Notes: a model not told the origin generated them from the letters alone. A stretch of DNA of 49,640 nt from Candidatus Izemoplasmataceae bacterium (GCA_965656585.1 CBFHLD010000001.1:1-49640), one strand, 5' to 3'; counted from the first letter of the stretch, positions 1-9,521 are shown. Translations and numbers: made by a program.

Positions 1-1284
1 GAGGGCTTCTAAGACTTTGTGCGCGAGCTCAACGCCACCCTCACCCCCGTTTGCGAATACTTTAGATAAAGCAAACGGATGACTTTTTTCACCGAGTAAA
101 CGGCTGAGCGTTTCGACTTCTTTTTTAGTATCGGTGGGAAACTCGTTGATGGCCACCACATAAGGCAGGCCGAATGATTGAATGGTTTCAATGTGTTTTT
201 CGAGATTTTCAAAGCCTTTTTCTAACGCCTGAACATCTTCGTTTATTAAATCATCTTTACGCATGCCACCGTGCATTTTTAACGCCCGGATGGTGGCGAC
301 AATTACGACAGCATTTGGGGTGAGTTCGCCTTCTTGGGTTTTGATATTTAAGAATTTTTCAGCCCCTAAGTCAGCCCCAAAGCCCGCTTCTGTGACGACG
401 TAATCTGAGAGTTTAAGTGCGAGTTTTGTGGCAATGATGGAATTACACCCATGGGCAATATTGGCAAACGGTCCACCGTGCACTAAGGCCGGAGTTCCTT
501 CTAAGGTTTGAACGAGGTTGGGTTTAATCGCATCTTTTAAAATCATCGCGACGGCCCCTTCAGCTTTTAAGTCACCTACGGTAATGGGCGTGCGTGACTT
601 CGTGTAACCGATGACCATCCGTTTGAGTCTCACTTTTAAGTCTTCCACATCTTTGGCGAGCGTTAAGACGGCCATGACTTCGGAAGCCACTGAAATGTTA
701 AAACCATCTTCTCTGGGGATGCCTTGACCAATTCCTCCAAGCCCAATGGTAATATTTCTTAAGGCTCGGTCATTCATGTCCATCGCCCGTTTCCAAGTGA
801 TTCGGTTTACATCAATACCGAGTTCATTTCCTTGATAAATATGATTATCAATCATCGCGGCGATCAGGTTATTGGCCGTGGTAACGGCGTGAATGTCTCC
901 GGTGAAATGAAGGTTTAAATCTTCCATGGGAACGACCTGAGAATATCCCCCACCCGCTGCACCACCTTTGACTCCAAAGACTGGACCAAGTGATGGTTCC
1001 CTGAGAGCAATCATCGTCTTTTTCCCGACTTTCGATAGCGCTTGACCGAGGCCCACCGTAGTGGTTGATTTTCCTTCCCCAGCGGGGGTTGGATTGATCG
1101 CGGTAACTAAAATAAGTTTCCCATCTTCAGCGTTTTTTAGGCGGTCAAAAATGGCTAAATCAATTTTGGCTTTGGTCGATCCATAGTGCTCAAGTTCTTC
1201 GGGATGAATGCCCGCAGACTTGGCAATTTTTTCAATCGGTTGGGGCGTGTGTGCCTGGGCAATTTCTAAATCGGATGGTGGCAT
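1..1284 (-). CDS. fhs: Formate--tetrahydrofolate ligase, N-terminal 428 codons; the 3' end lies beyond the left window edge
   Basis: Absent from the ORF track because it runs off the edge. The reverse complement from ATG at 1284-1282 reads [28 protein letters not shown]. The reverse complement of ~1061-1090 gives [12 protein letters not shown], the FTHFS nucleotide-binding motif. The frame is exactly open to base 1 (..[10 protein letters not shown]). Confidence 0.9.
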   Translation of the reverse strand, partial: MPPSDLEIAQAHTPQPIEKIAKSAGIHPEELEHYGSTKAKIDLAIFDRLKNAEDGKLILVTAINPTPAGEGKSTTTVGLGQALSKVGKKTMIALREPSLGPVFGVKGGAAGGGYSQVVPMEDLNLHFTGDIHAVTTANNLIAAMIDNHIYQGNELGIDVNRITWKRAMDMNDRALRNITIGLGGIGQGIPREDGFNISVASEVMAVLTLAKDVEDLKVRLKRMVIGYTKSRTPITVGDLKAEGAVAMILKDAIKPNLVQTLEGTPALVHGGPFANIAHGCNSIIATKLALKLSDYVVTEAGFGADLGAEKFLNIKTQEGELTPNAVVIVATIRALKMHGGMRKDDLINEDVQALEKGFENLEKHIETIQSFGLPYVVAINEFPTDTKKEVETLSRLLGEKSHPFALSKVFANGGEGGVELAHKVLEAL

Positions 1285-1364
1285 ACATTCTCCTTCAATA
1301 CAAGGTGATTTAATAGAATGGGGTAGACTTCGTATGATATACTTTAATTCGTAGGAATGGTGTC

Positions 1365-1895
1365 ATGATAAAACAACAAATTCTTAAACACTCAGAACCC
1401 ATTGTATTAATGCTAAGTTTCCTTTCGTTGATTGGAATCTTTTTTCAAGTCCGTGATGGATCCGGGATTTATAACGGCATCTACATCACTCTTTTTATGG
1501 TAACACTTCTTGTATATCCTGGCCTCATGGCATGGATTGGTCGCGATGTCATCGCGAAAGCAACACCGAGAAGTATTCCAGTCATGACGTATCCCATTTT
1601 GTTTCTTTATACATTTGTCCCAACGCTTTACTTTTTAGTCCCTTACGTATTTTCAGGATACTTCAACAATAACTCCACAGAACTATTATTTATTATGTTT
1701 GAGTTTTCTGTGTTTGCGGCAGGGCTGGGGTTTTTCGGCTTTCAAATGAAGAAAGTCAAAGACAAGAAAATTAAACGACGCGACTTCAGTTTATACACGG
1801 TGTATTTGTTTGGGGGATTGATTTATTTTTACTTCATCCGGCTGACATTCATCGCCATGATTTTACTTCAATCCACCTTTGATATTTTGCCTTAA
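1365..1895 (+). CDS. Hypothetical polytopic membrane protein (5-6 predicted TM helices)
   Basis: 176-aa ORF dominated by hydrophobic segments, with no family motif I recognise. It is followed by a hairpin terminator. A candidate extended -10 (tgatatact) lies upstream. Confidence 0.55.
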   Translation: MIKQQILKHSEPIVLMLSFLSLIGIFFQVRDGSGIYNGIYITLFMVTLLVYPGLMAWIGRDVIAKATPRSIPVMTYPILFLYTFVPTLYFLVPYVFSGYFNNNSTELLFIMFEFSVFAAGLGFFGFQMKKVKDKKIKRRDFSLYTVYLFGGLIYFYFIRLTFIAMILLQSTFDILP

Positions 1896-1925
1896 ACCAT
1901 GCCCTTAACGGGATGGTTTTTTTAT
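1896..1925. terminator. Bidirectional hairpin between convergent genes
   Basis: aaccatgccc-ttaac-gggatggtt followed by a T-run. It sits between the stop of the 1365-1895 ORF and the stop of purA. Confidence 0.55.
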
Positions 1926-3175
1926 TAGAATATTTTTGTCATGGAGATGGTTTGTCTACGGTCGGGACCGACTGAAACCATCCCAACGGGAACACCTGTG
2001 ATTTGTTCAATGGCCTTTAAATAATCTTTCGCGGTTTTAGGCAGATCATTCCAATCGGTCAGATGGGAAATATCCTCTTTAAATCCGGCCATTGATTGGT
2101 AGACAGGTTCACACTGACTGAGGGTTTCTAATTCCGCCGGCACATAATCAATAACGGTTCCGTTCAGTTTATAGCCCGTCACTAATTTGAGTTCATCAAA
2201 GGATGACAAGACATCAAATAACGTAATCGCGAAGGCATCAAAATGATTGACTCGGTGCGCGTGTTTTAAGGCGACCAAATCTAAGTATCCAATCCGTCTA
2301 GGCCTTCCGGTCGTAGTTCCATATTCATTCGCAATCTTGCGGATCACATCGGCTTTTGTTTCTTCCATTTCAGAAACAAAAGGGCCTTCTCCCACACGTG
2401 AATTATAGGCTTTAACAATGCCGAGTACTTTTTCAATGTGTTTGGGGGCTACACCGGCTCCTGCGGGAATGCCTGCCGCACTGGGGGATGACGAAGTCAC
2501 GTAAGGATAGGTGCCTTGTTCGATGTCTAACATCGTGCCCTGGGCACCTTCAAATACCACACGTTTATTTTTTTCAAACGCGCCGGCAAGGATGACACTG
2601 GTATCGGTCACTAAGTCTTTGAGTGTTTCAATGATGGGAAGATAGGTTTCAAATAATGCTTCCTGAGTTCCCTCATAATTCCCTTTGACCCCATCAAAAT
2701 GGGTGGCTAGATACGCTTTAAATAAGGTTGGATTCACAAAGGTTCCCATGCGTAGTCCCACACGGGCGGCTTTATCTTGATAGGCCGGCCCAATCCCTTT
2801 AAGGGTGGTTCCAATGTTTTGGGTATCTTCAGCTTTTTGATCGCGCGTTTTGTGGTACGGCATAATCACATGCGCCCGGTTTGAAATATAAATCGTCGGG
2901 TTTTTCCCAAGGTTTTTGAGGACGTTTATTTCTTCCACTAAAGATTCGGGATTGATGACCATCCCGTTGCCTAAAATGTTGATGGTGGTATCTCTTAAGA
3001 CGCCGGATGGTAATAAATGCAAGGAGTACTTTTCCCCCTTTGAATGAATCGTATGTCCGGCATTATCTCCGCCTTGAAAACGAACCACGTAATCGGCCGT
3101 ATCGCTTAAAAAATCCGTAATTTTTCCTTTTCCTTCGTCACCCCACTGGGCGCCGATGATGGCAATCGATGGCAT
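1925..3175 (-). CDS. purA: Adenylosuccinate synthetase
   Basis: N-terminus MPSIAIIGAQWGDEGKGKITDFL contains the PurA P-loop QWGDEGKGK. Also GGDNAGHT and GTTGRGIG-like motifs (TTLKGIGPAY, TTTGRPRR). Length 416 aa. Confidence 0.96.
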   Translation of the reverse strand: MPSIAIIGAQWGDEGKGKITDFLSDTADYVVRFQGGDNAGHTIHSKGEKYSLHLLPSGVLRDTTINILGNGMVINPESLVEEINVLKNLGKNPTIYISNRAHVIMPYHKTRDQKAEDTQNIGTTLKGIGPAYQDKAARVGLRMGTFVNPTLFKAYLATHFDGVKGNYEGTQEALFETYLPIIETLKDLVTDTSVILAGAFEKNKRVVFEGAQGTMLDIEQGTYPYVTSSSPSAAGIPAGAGVAPKHIEKVLGIVKAYNSRVGEGPFVSEMEETKADVIRKIANEYGTTTGRPRRIGYLDLVALKHAHRVNHFDAFAITLFDVLSSFDELKLVTGYKLNGTVIDYVPAELETLSQCEPVYQSMAGFKEDISHLTDWNDLPKTAKDYLKAIEQITGVPVGMVSVGPDRRQTISMTKIF

Positions 3176-3186
3176 AGTATCTCCTT

Positions 3187-6100
3187 TTATTGAATGCTTT
3201 CAAGTAGTGTAATTAAAATTTCTAGTAAAGGCTTTTGAATCTCTAGATGCGGAATGGATACTTTAATCTTACGGTCTTTATAGGCCAGTTTAATTTTCGG
3301 TGAAATGCCTTCAGCCGCGGTAAATAAATGATCGCCTGCCACTCGGTCAGAGCCGGTTTCACTGATCCAAACAATCGTCTCCATTTTTTGCGTGATGATT
3401 CTCTCCACATCCCTGGAGCGGGCGAGATGTTCATAGACTTTAGAAAGCATGTATTCATAGACCGACTTGGGAAGTTTTCCAAACTGATCTTCCATCTCTT
3501 CTCTTAATTGTATAATATCCCAGCTTGATGTCAGTGTACTGATTTTCTTGTGGTAAACCAGTTTGTCTTCTTCGCTTTCGATGTAATCATTGGGGAAGGC
3601 TTTCGAGACATTAATTTTGGCGAGTTTTTTGAGTGGGTTTTGCGTTTTTTCAGGTTCGTTAATGGCTTTGATTTCATCGGATATCATCTGCATAAACATA
3701 TCAATGCCCACGGTCTCGATGAAGCCAGATTGTTCGGCCCCGAGTAAATCTCCTGCGCCCCGAATCGCCAAGTCCCTGGCCGCAATTTTATAGCCACTTC
3801 CCAGCGCCGTAAAATCACGAATGACATTGAGTCTTTTAATCGCGTCTTCTTTGAGGACTTTATGTTCATCGACCATCATATAGCTATAAGCAATTCGGTT
3901 ACTGCGTCCGACTCGGCCACGGATTTGATACATTTGGGCAAGTCCCAGTTGGTCGGCATCGTGCACGATGAGTGTATTGGCTCTGGGGATATCAATGCCG
4001 GTTTCAATGATGGTGGTCGACACCAAGACATCAAACTTATAATCCACAAAATCATGAATCACTTTTTCTAAGGTTTGTTTGTTCATTTGACCATGCGCAA
4101 ACATAATCCGTGCATCGGGAATGAGTGTCTCTAAACGGTGGGTCACTTGAGCGATGGTTTCCACACGGTTATACAGATAAAAGACTTGACCCTTCCGTCC
4201 GAGTTCGCGTTCAATCGCTTCTTTGACTACGCGGTCGGACCGTTTCATCACATACGTTTGAATGGGGTGTCTATTTTCTGGAGGAGTGTTGAGTAAACTC
4301 ATCGACTTAATACCGGACAAAGACATCTGAAGCGTCCTTGGAATTGGAGTCGCCGTTAACGTCATCACATCGATGTGATTGCGGAAGGATTGAATTTTTT
4401 CTTTATGGTTGACCCCAAAACGTTGTTCTTCATCAATCACGAGGAGACCTAAATCTTTATATTCCACATCCTTGGATAATAGCCGGTGAGTTCCAATCAC
4501 CACATCCACGCTGCCATCGGCCAATCCTTTTAAAATTTCTTTGGTTTTTTTAGTCCCCGTAAACCGGTTCAGTAACGCGACTTTAATCCCATGTTTTTCC
4601 ATGCGGCTTAAAAACGTTTCATAATGCTGTTTGGTGAGAATCGTAGTCGGCGCTAAATAAGCCACTTGTTTGTTATCTAATACGGCTTTGAACGCAGCTC
4701 TTAATGCGACTTCAGTTTTCCCATACCCTACGTCCCCACAAATCAAGCGGTCCATCGGCATCTTAGATTCCATATCCGTTTTAACCGCCTCGATGGCACT
4801 TAATTGGTCGGGTGTTTCTTGGTAAGGAAAATCCGCCTCAAAAAGATCGGTGAGATCTGTATCGGGACTAAACGCAAACCCTTTTTGGGATTTCCGTTCG
4901 GCGTATTGTTTGAGTAAATTAATCGCGATTTCTTTCGCTTTTTTCTTGGCTTTTTGTTTGGTCTTTTGCCACTCGGAAGACCCGAGTTTAGAAAGCTTCG
5001 GTTGGATGCCTTCGTAGACATCATATTTTTGAATGGCGTAGAGATTTTCAACGGGGATATATAGCTTATCGGTGCCTTGGTATTGGATGACCATATATTC
5101 ATTGGTGAGCTCTTTAAGTGTCATGGTTTCAATGCCTAAAAACCGCCCAATCCCATGGTCATAATGGACGATGAAATCACCGCGTTTTAAAGCTTTGGCT
5201 GAATCAATCCGTTGCGTATCTTTAAAGATGGATTTATATCGGCTTTTTTTCTTTGTGGTCGACTTAAAAATGTGAGCGTCGTCTAAAAGTAAAAGCCGTG
5301 CATCAAACCAATCAAAAGCCAACGGAGATTCCGTATGGACAAAATTAATCCGGTGTTCCACTGGCACTTCGTCTTTCCCAATAATAATGGGTTTGATATT
5401 TTTTTCTTCCAGTTGGGTTGATAACTGGTCGATGGTTTGTTTTTGAGCGAGTTGAATCACCACAGTTTGATACTGGTCGGCTTTCATGAGATCTTGATAA
5501 AACATCTGCATGTTTTGATGGTAATGAAAACTCTCTTTTGCTCGTAAATGATAGGTCTTGATATCCGGTAAATGATCGAATGGATTTAAGAATATTTCTG
5601 GGGTTTTGGGTAACCTTTCAGGCACCCATTCAAGCCCTAATTTTCTAAGTCCTGGTAAGCCTCTTAAGTGGTTAAAAATATCTTTTTTTAGCGCTTCAAT
5701 ATTGCGCGTAGATTCACTGGGGTTTAGATAAATGACTAATGGATTATCCACCATATCTAAAAGCGTTTGGGACGGTTCATTAAGTTCTGGTAAATACCGT
5801 TTAAGCCCATCGCCTTGTTCTGATGAAAGGGCAAGTAAATCAGACTCTACCATTTCTTTTTCAGAATCGTTTAATTTAAGTGCTTCCATTTTTTTTCGGA
5901 CGTTTTGCTCAATGGTCGTTAACCGCTTTTCATCCAAAACCATTTCGCGGTTGGGTATTAATGTAAATTGTTTGAGCGTTTTAATCGAGCGTTGTGTGAG
6001 CGCATTAAACACCCGGATAGAATCCATTTCATCGTCAAAAAAGTCAATCCGAATCGGATGTTCATACTGGATTTGATAGATATCAATGATCGATCCACGA

Positions 6101-6618
6101 CGTGAAAATTCTCCCACATTTTCGACGTGATCAACGGGTTGATATCCATATAACACCAATCGCCCTAACAGATCATTCATGGACACAATATCGCCGGTAT
6201 GATAGGTTTGAATAAGTCCGCTTAAATACGGTTTGGCGTGCATCCATTGGTGCATGGCAACCGGGTGAGTAATGACGGTATTAATCTCACCTTGAAGCAA
6301 TTGGTAAAGCGTATTTAAGCGTTCAGTCTTTAACGTATCATTGAGTGAAATTTGATCGAGTGTAACAAACTCATCGTGTGGATAAAACCCAACTTTTTCA
6401 AAAACATCCAAACTTTTTTCATACCATTTTTCGGCTTGAAATAAATTGTGATGTACGACAATAAAAGGACGCTCACTGAGTGTCCTTAACATGGCTAAAA
6501 CAAAGAGTGAAAAATCACCTTCGGGGATATTCAGTTGAAAAGACGCTTCATTTTGAAGCGCGTTTTTAATGGATTCAAACGATGGATGATTCGCATAATG
6601 GTGAATCAATGAACGCAT
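3187..6618 (-). CDS. mfd: Transcription-repair coupling factor
   Basis: 1143 aa. It has a CarD/TRCF RNAP-interaction segment (GDFIVHYDHGIGRFLGI) and superfamily-2 helicase motifs (GDVGYGKTEVA, DEEQRFG, TATPIPRT, QLHQ-like QMYQIRGRVGR). Confidence 0.96.
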   Translation of the reverse strand: MRSLIHHYANHPSFESIKNALQNEASFQLNIPEGDFSLFVLAMLRTLSERPFIVVHHNLFQAEKWYEKSLDVFEKVGFYPHDEFVTLDQISLNDTLKTERLNTLYQLLQGEINTVITHPVAMHQWMHAKPYLSGLIQTYHTGDIVSMNDLLGRLVLYGYQPVDHVENVGEFSRRGSIIDIYQIQYEHPIRIDFFDDEMDSIRVFNALTQRSIKTLKQFTLIPNREMVLDEKRLTTIEQNVRKKMEALKLNDSEKEMVESDLLALSSEQGDGLKRYLPELNEPSQTLLDMVDNPLVIYLNPSESTRNIEALKKDIFNHLRGLPGLRKLGLEWVPERLPKTPEIFLNPFDHLPDIKTYHLRAKESFHYHQNMQMFYQDLMKADQYQTVVIQLAQKQTIDQLSTQLEEKNIKPIIIGKDEVPVEHRINFVHTESPLAFDWFDARLLLLDDAHIFKSTTKKKSRYKSIFKDTQRIDSAKALKRGDFIVHYDHGIGRFLGIETMTLKELTNEYMVIQYQGTDKLYIPVENLYAIQKYDVYEGIQPKLSKLGSSEWQKTKQKAKKKAKEIAINLLKQYAERKSQKGFAFSPDTDLTDLFEADFPYQETPDQLSAIEAVKTDMESKMPMDRLICGDVGYGKTEVALRAAFKAVLDNKQVAYLAPTTILTKQHYETFLSRMEKHGIKVALLNRFTGTKKTKEILKGLADGSVDVVIGTHRLLSKDVEYKDLGLLVIDEEQRFGVNHKEKIQSFRNHIDVMTLTATPIPRTLQMSLSGIKSMSLLNTPPENRHPIQTYVMKRSDRVVKEAIERELGRKGQVFYLYNRVETIAQVTHRLETLIPDARIMFAHGQMNKQTLEKVIHDFVDYKFDVLVSTTIIETGIDIPRANTLIVHDADQLGLAQMYQIRGRVGRSNRIAYSYMMVDEHKVLKEDAIKRLNVIRDFTALGSGYKIAARDLAIRGAGDLLGAEQSGFIETVGIDMFMQMISDEIKAINEPEKTQNPLKKLAKINVSKAFPNDYIESEEDKLVYHKKISTLTSSWDIIQLREEMEDQFGKLPKSVYEYMLSKVYEHLARSRDVERIITQKMETIVWISETGSDRVAGDHLFTAAEGISPKIKLAYKDRKIKVSIPHLEIQKPLLEILITLLESIQ

Positions 6619-6627
6619 AACGACCTC

Positions 6628-6660
6628 AAGCGACTTCCCCCTTAGAGGGGGGAGTCGCTT
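6628..6660 (-). other. 14-bp GC-rich RNA hairpin spanning the pth stop codon, directly upstream of the mfd RBS
   Basis: aagcgacttccccc (6628-6641) pairs with ggggggagtcgctt (6647-6660), with one G-T wobble and loop ttaga. The pth stop (6642-6644) lies in the loop. No U-tract follows on the transcribed strand. Confidence 0.6.
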
Positions 6661-7196
6661 ATTTGAAAGTGATTCATTAAATAGTCAATGGATTGCCCCG
6701 ATAAAAAGGCATCCAAAGCGCGTGTGACATTTTCAAACGCGGCCTCAAATAGAGGACTCTCTTTTTTGGGAATTTTCTTAAGCACATACGATTTGGCGTT
6801 GGCACTTTTTCCAATGCCGATGCGAATGCGGGCCAAGGCATCGGTTCCTGTGACATCAATGATGGATTGCATCCCTTTGTGTCCGCCCGTTCCACCTTGA
6901 GAACGAATGCGGCATGCTCCGGGCGGTAAATCCAAATCATCATAAATTATGATGACATCGGCGGGATCAATGGAAAAATAACGCATTGCCTCCCCCACAG
7001 ATTCTCCGGATAAATTCATGAATGTATGGGGTTTAAGGTACATGACATCGGGACCTTTATAAATGACCCCTTTAAATTTTTTGGTGGGTTTTAGGCCTTT
7101 GTCTTTAAGGTAATAATCCAGGGCCATAAACCCCACGTTATGTCTCGTACCATCGTATTGCTCTGTGGGGTTTCCCAACCCCACAATTAACTTCAT
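6642..7196 (-). CDS. pth: Peptidyl-tRNA hydrolase
   Basis: MKLIVGLGNPTEQYDGTRHNVGF is the canonical Pth N-terminus (GLGNPG..Y..TRHN.GF). Length 184 aa. It has a 4-nt overlap with jag. Confidence 0.96.
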   Translation of the reverse strand: MKLIVGLGNPTEQYDGTRHNVGFMALDYYLKDKGLKPTKKFKGVIYKGPDVMYLKPHTFMNLSGESVGEAMRYFSIDPADVIIIYDDLDLPPGACRIRSQGGTGGHKGMQSIIDVTGTDALARIRIGIGKSANAKSYVLKKIPKKESPLFEAAFENVTRALDAFLSGQSIDYLMNHFQISDSPL

Positions 7197-7807
7197 TCTT
7201 TAGGTTTGATGACGAGATAACGATTCGGACGTTCACCTTCTGATACTGTGGTGACATCTCGCCATTCTGAAAGTTTTGTATGGACGATCCGGCGTTCATA
7301 CGCATTCAAATCTCTTAACGTGGCTGGAATTTTAGAACGGGCCACTTCTTTGGCGGTTTTGGTCGCTAAAATTTCTAGCTGACGTTCGCGGTTGGCTTTG
7401 TAATCGCCAATATCTAACACGACATTGACCCCTTCATCGCTGTATAAATTCATCAGGTTGCGCATGTAGGTTTGAAAGCCGTGTAAGGTTTTTCCACTTT
7501 TGCCAATCAACAACGGATTTTCTTCGGAGTCGATGGTGTAATGAAAGGCTCCGGTTTCTGTGTTTTGCTCAGCTTCTAAGGTGGCTTCAATCTCTAAATC
7601 GCTGAGCGTTTGTTTGAGAAAGTCGTAGCCAAAATCAAGTAAATTCACATTGACCGTGGCCGTGTATTGGACAGTTTTTTTAAGGCCCAACATCCCTTTT
7701 TTTTCTTCATGACTCAAGGTAATAAACGTGGGATTTACACGGAGTTCACGCGCCGCATGAAGACGCGCTTCGTCATCATTTTTAGCTTCAAAGACAAGAG
7801 TTTTCAT
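7193..7807 (-). CDS. khpB: Jag/KhpB-type RNA-binding protein (KH + R3H domains)
   Basis: The C-terminus (LNAYERRIVHTKLSEWRDVTTVSEGERPNRYLVIKP) is an R3H motif. A KH-like GKSGKTLHGFQ is present. The gene sits in the conserved position after yidC. Confidence 0.85.
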   Translation of the reverse strand: MKTLVFEAKNDDEARLHAARELRVNPTFITLSHEEKKGMLGLKKTVQYTATVNVNLLDFGYDFLKQTLSDLEIEATLEAEQNTETGAFHYTIDSEENPLLIGKSGKTLHGFQTYMRNLMNLYSDEGVNVVLDIGDYKANRERQLEILATKTAKEVARSKIPATLRDLNAYERRIVHTKLSEWRDVTTVSEGERPNRYLVIKPKE

Positions 7808-8670
7808 TAATACGCTCCCTTCATCGCTTCCATACGTTTGGCGGTTTTTTGGCGATTGATGTAGGCTTGACCGAATGAGAAAATATTACCGATGAGCCAG
7901 TAATAAGCTATCCCTAAGTTCGTATAGGCCACGGTCATAATCAGGAAGGTTAAAAAATACGTCATGTATTTCATGGTGTTTTGGGATTGATTTTGAACGG
8001 CGGTTTGATACTTTTTATTTTGCGCGTGTTCCGGTTTTTTCATGGAGTACCGTTGATACCCAAACATCGAGGCGCCGACAATGATCGCAAATAAGATGAA
8101 TGTCCAGTTCGACCCAATATCGAGTAAGCTGTCGGTCGGTTGATCTTTAAAATCAAACCATAAGAAAGAAAAATTCAAATAGTCGTATTCGATGGTTAAA
8201 GGAATCCGGCGAACCGTTTGATACATTGCGATGAAAATGGGCATCTGCAAGAAAGGTAAGAAACACCCGAGTGGATTGATGTTATATTTTTTGTAGATTT
8301 TCATCGTTTCTTGTTGCATCGCCCGGCGGGAAGCTTCATCGTTTTTACCCGCATATTTTTCTTGAAGTTTATTGAGTTCGGGTTGCGCAAATTGCATGTT
8401 GGTACTCATCCCAGTGGTTTTGGAATAAATGGGCCATCCGATGACTCGAATCAAAACAGTAATAATGGTCAGACCAATCCAGTAGCGTCCCCCAAAAATA
8501 TCACTGATTCGAACGATCGCATTGGCGATTTGTTCCACAATCCATTGCACCCAGCCGACCCCAATGCCATCGACCCCAATGGGTTGATCATAAACATCGG
8601 CACAGCCTGCTAAGGTAAGGACCAGTACTAACATAACCCCGAGGGTTATTTTTTTCTTCAAACTAATCAT
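7807..8670 (-). CDS. yidC: Membrane protein insertase YidC/OxaA family, lipoprotein form
   Basis: Lipobox LTLAGC near the N-terminus. Conserved YidC core (KLQEKY...QQETMKIYKKYNINPLGCFLPFLQMPIFIAMY). Conserved rnpA-yidC context. RBS aggagag lies 4 nt upstream. Confidence 0.93.
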   Translation of the reverse strand: MISLKKKITLGVMLVLVLTLAGCADVYDQPIGVDGIGVGWVQWIVEQIANAIVRISDIFGGRYWIGLTIITVLIRVIGWPIYSKTTGMSTNMQFAQPELNKLQEKYAGKNDEASRRAMQQETMKIYKKYNINPLGCFLPFLQMPIFIAMYQTVRRIPLTIEYDYLNFSFLWFDFKDQPTDSLLDIGSNWTFILFAIIVGASMFGYQRYSMKKPEHAQNKKYQTAVQNQSQNTMKYMTYFLTFLIMTVAYTNLGIAYYWLIGNIFSFGQAYINRQKTAKRMEAMKGAY

Positions 8671-9007
8671 TTGTCTCTCCTATGAGTTTAAGTTGGGTAA
8701 AACACGCGTGTACGGTTTGCGTTAACATTTCGAATGATTGAAACTTATAATCTGGACGAACCATCACAAAAATATCATGCTTCGGCTTAACGTTAAACGT
8801 TCGAACAATTTCTCTTAAGCGTCGTTTCATTTGATTACGCTTAACCGCATTTCCGTATTTTTTAGGGACGGAAAATGCAATTCGGAAGGATTGAATGCTT
8901 GGATTTGGTTTTGCAAAAACCCCAATTCCATGAGAGAACCGTTTGTTTTGATGGTTTAAGACTGCTTTGATATCTTCATTTTTCTTTAAACTATACGTTC
9001 GATTCAT
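8663..9007 (-). CDS. rnpA: Ribonuclease P protein component
   Basis: 114-aa basic protein with the RNase P protein motif (KKYGNAVKRNQMKRRLREIV). It lies downstream of rpmH and overlaps yidC by 8 nt. Confidence 0.9.
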   Translation of the reverse strand: MNRTYSLKKNEDIKAVLNHQNKRFSHGIGVFAKPNPSIQSFRIAFSVPKKYGNAVKRNQMKRRLREIVRTFNVKPKHDIFVMVRPDYKFQSFEMLTQTVHACFTQLKLIGETND

Positions 9008-9023
9008 AAACTCCCATCAAAAT

Positions 9024-9060
9024 AAAAAAACACCTTAAACAAGATCGTTTTCAGGTGTTT
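9024..9060 (-). terminator. Intrinsic-terminator-like hairpin between rpmH and rnpA
   Basis: On the minus strand, aaacacct..(17-nt loop)..aggtgttt is followed by a T7 run (plus-strand A-run 9024-9030). Confidence 0.5.
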
Positions 9061-9074
9061 TCAAGGGTTAACGA

Positions 9075-9209
9075 TTAAACTGCGATGCGTTTACGGCCTT
9101 TTTGGCGGCGTCTCGCTAAGACCGCACGCCCCGTAGGACTTGACATACGTTCTCTAAAACCATGCGTTTTTGCACGGCGACGTTTATTCGGTTGATAGGT
9201 TCTTTTCAT
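9075..9209 (-). CDS. rpmH: 50S ribosomal protein L34
   Basis: Absent from the ORF track because it is short. The reverse complement reads [44 protein letters not shown] (44 aa), the classic L34 sequence. RBS aggagg is at 9218-9223 (reverse complement). Confidence 0.95.
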   Translation of the reverse strand: MKRTYQPNKRRRAKTHGFRERMSSPTGRAVLARRRQKGRKRIAV

Positions 9210-9250
9210 ACGTGGCACCTCCTAGTTCTATAACTCTAGATTGCTTGAAA

Positions 9251-9279
9251 ATTATAGTTGATATTCATAATCGTGTCAA
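9251..9279 (-). promoter_or_regulatory. Consensus sigma-A type promoter for rpmH
   Basis: The minus strand reads TTGACA (rc of 9274-9279), a 17-nt spacer, then TATAAT (rc of 9251-9256). It is about 40 nt upstream of the rpmH ATG. Confidence 0.7.
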
Positions 9280-9310
9280 ACATAAGTTAAAACGAAAAAA
9301 AATCATCTTT

Positions 9311-9521
9311 TTTTCCACACTCAAAAATGGCTTATTTTAGGACAATCCACATTCAACTATGTGGAAAAGTGGAAATGGGGAAAACATCCATTGGGGAAAT
9401 GTTGATAAATGCGTTAAACCGCTTTAAATATACGTTTTTGGTCTTATTTATTTTGTGTAAAGAATGTGTAAATAAATATTTTTCCACATTTTGTGTGGAT
9501 AAAAAAAGGTTTTTATCCCCA
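9311..9521. other. oriC part 1: DnaA-box cluster upstream of dnaA
   Basis: Matches to TTATCCACA: TTTTCCACA 9311-9319; cAATCCACA 9343-9351; TGTGGAAAA 9360-9368 (reverse); TTTTCCACA 9479-9487; TGTGGATAA 9494-9502 (perfect, reverse); TTATCCcCA 9513-9521. The region is AT-rich and non-coding, between divergent rpmH and dnaA. Confidence 0.85.

Noticed and set aside
9-212. 67-aa minus-strand ORF from the track
   Set aside because: It lies inside, and out of frame with, the well-supported fhs coding sequence (1-1284, minus strand). Its composition is not protein-like.
3243-6149. Multiple short ORFs on both strands inside mfd (3243-3482, 3550-3747, 3590-3793, 3684-3869, 3862-4071, 4800-5102, 5732-6076, 5958-6149)
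   Set aside because: All are embedded in the 1143-aa mfd reading frame, which has continuous conserved helicase motifs. They are frame or antisense shadows.
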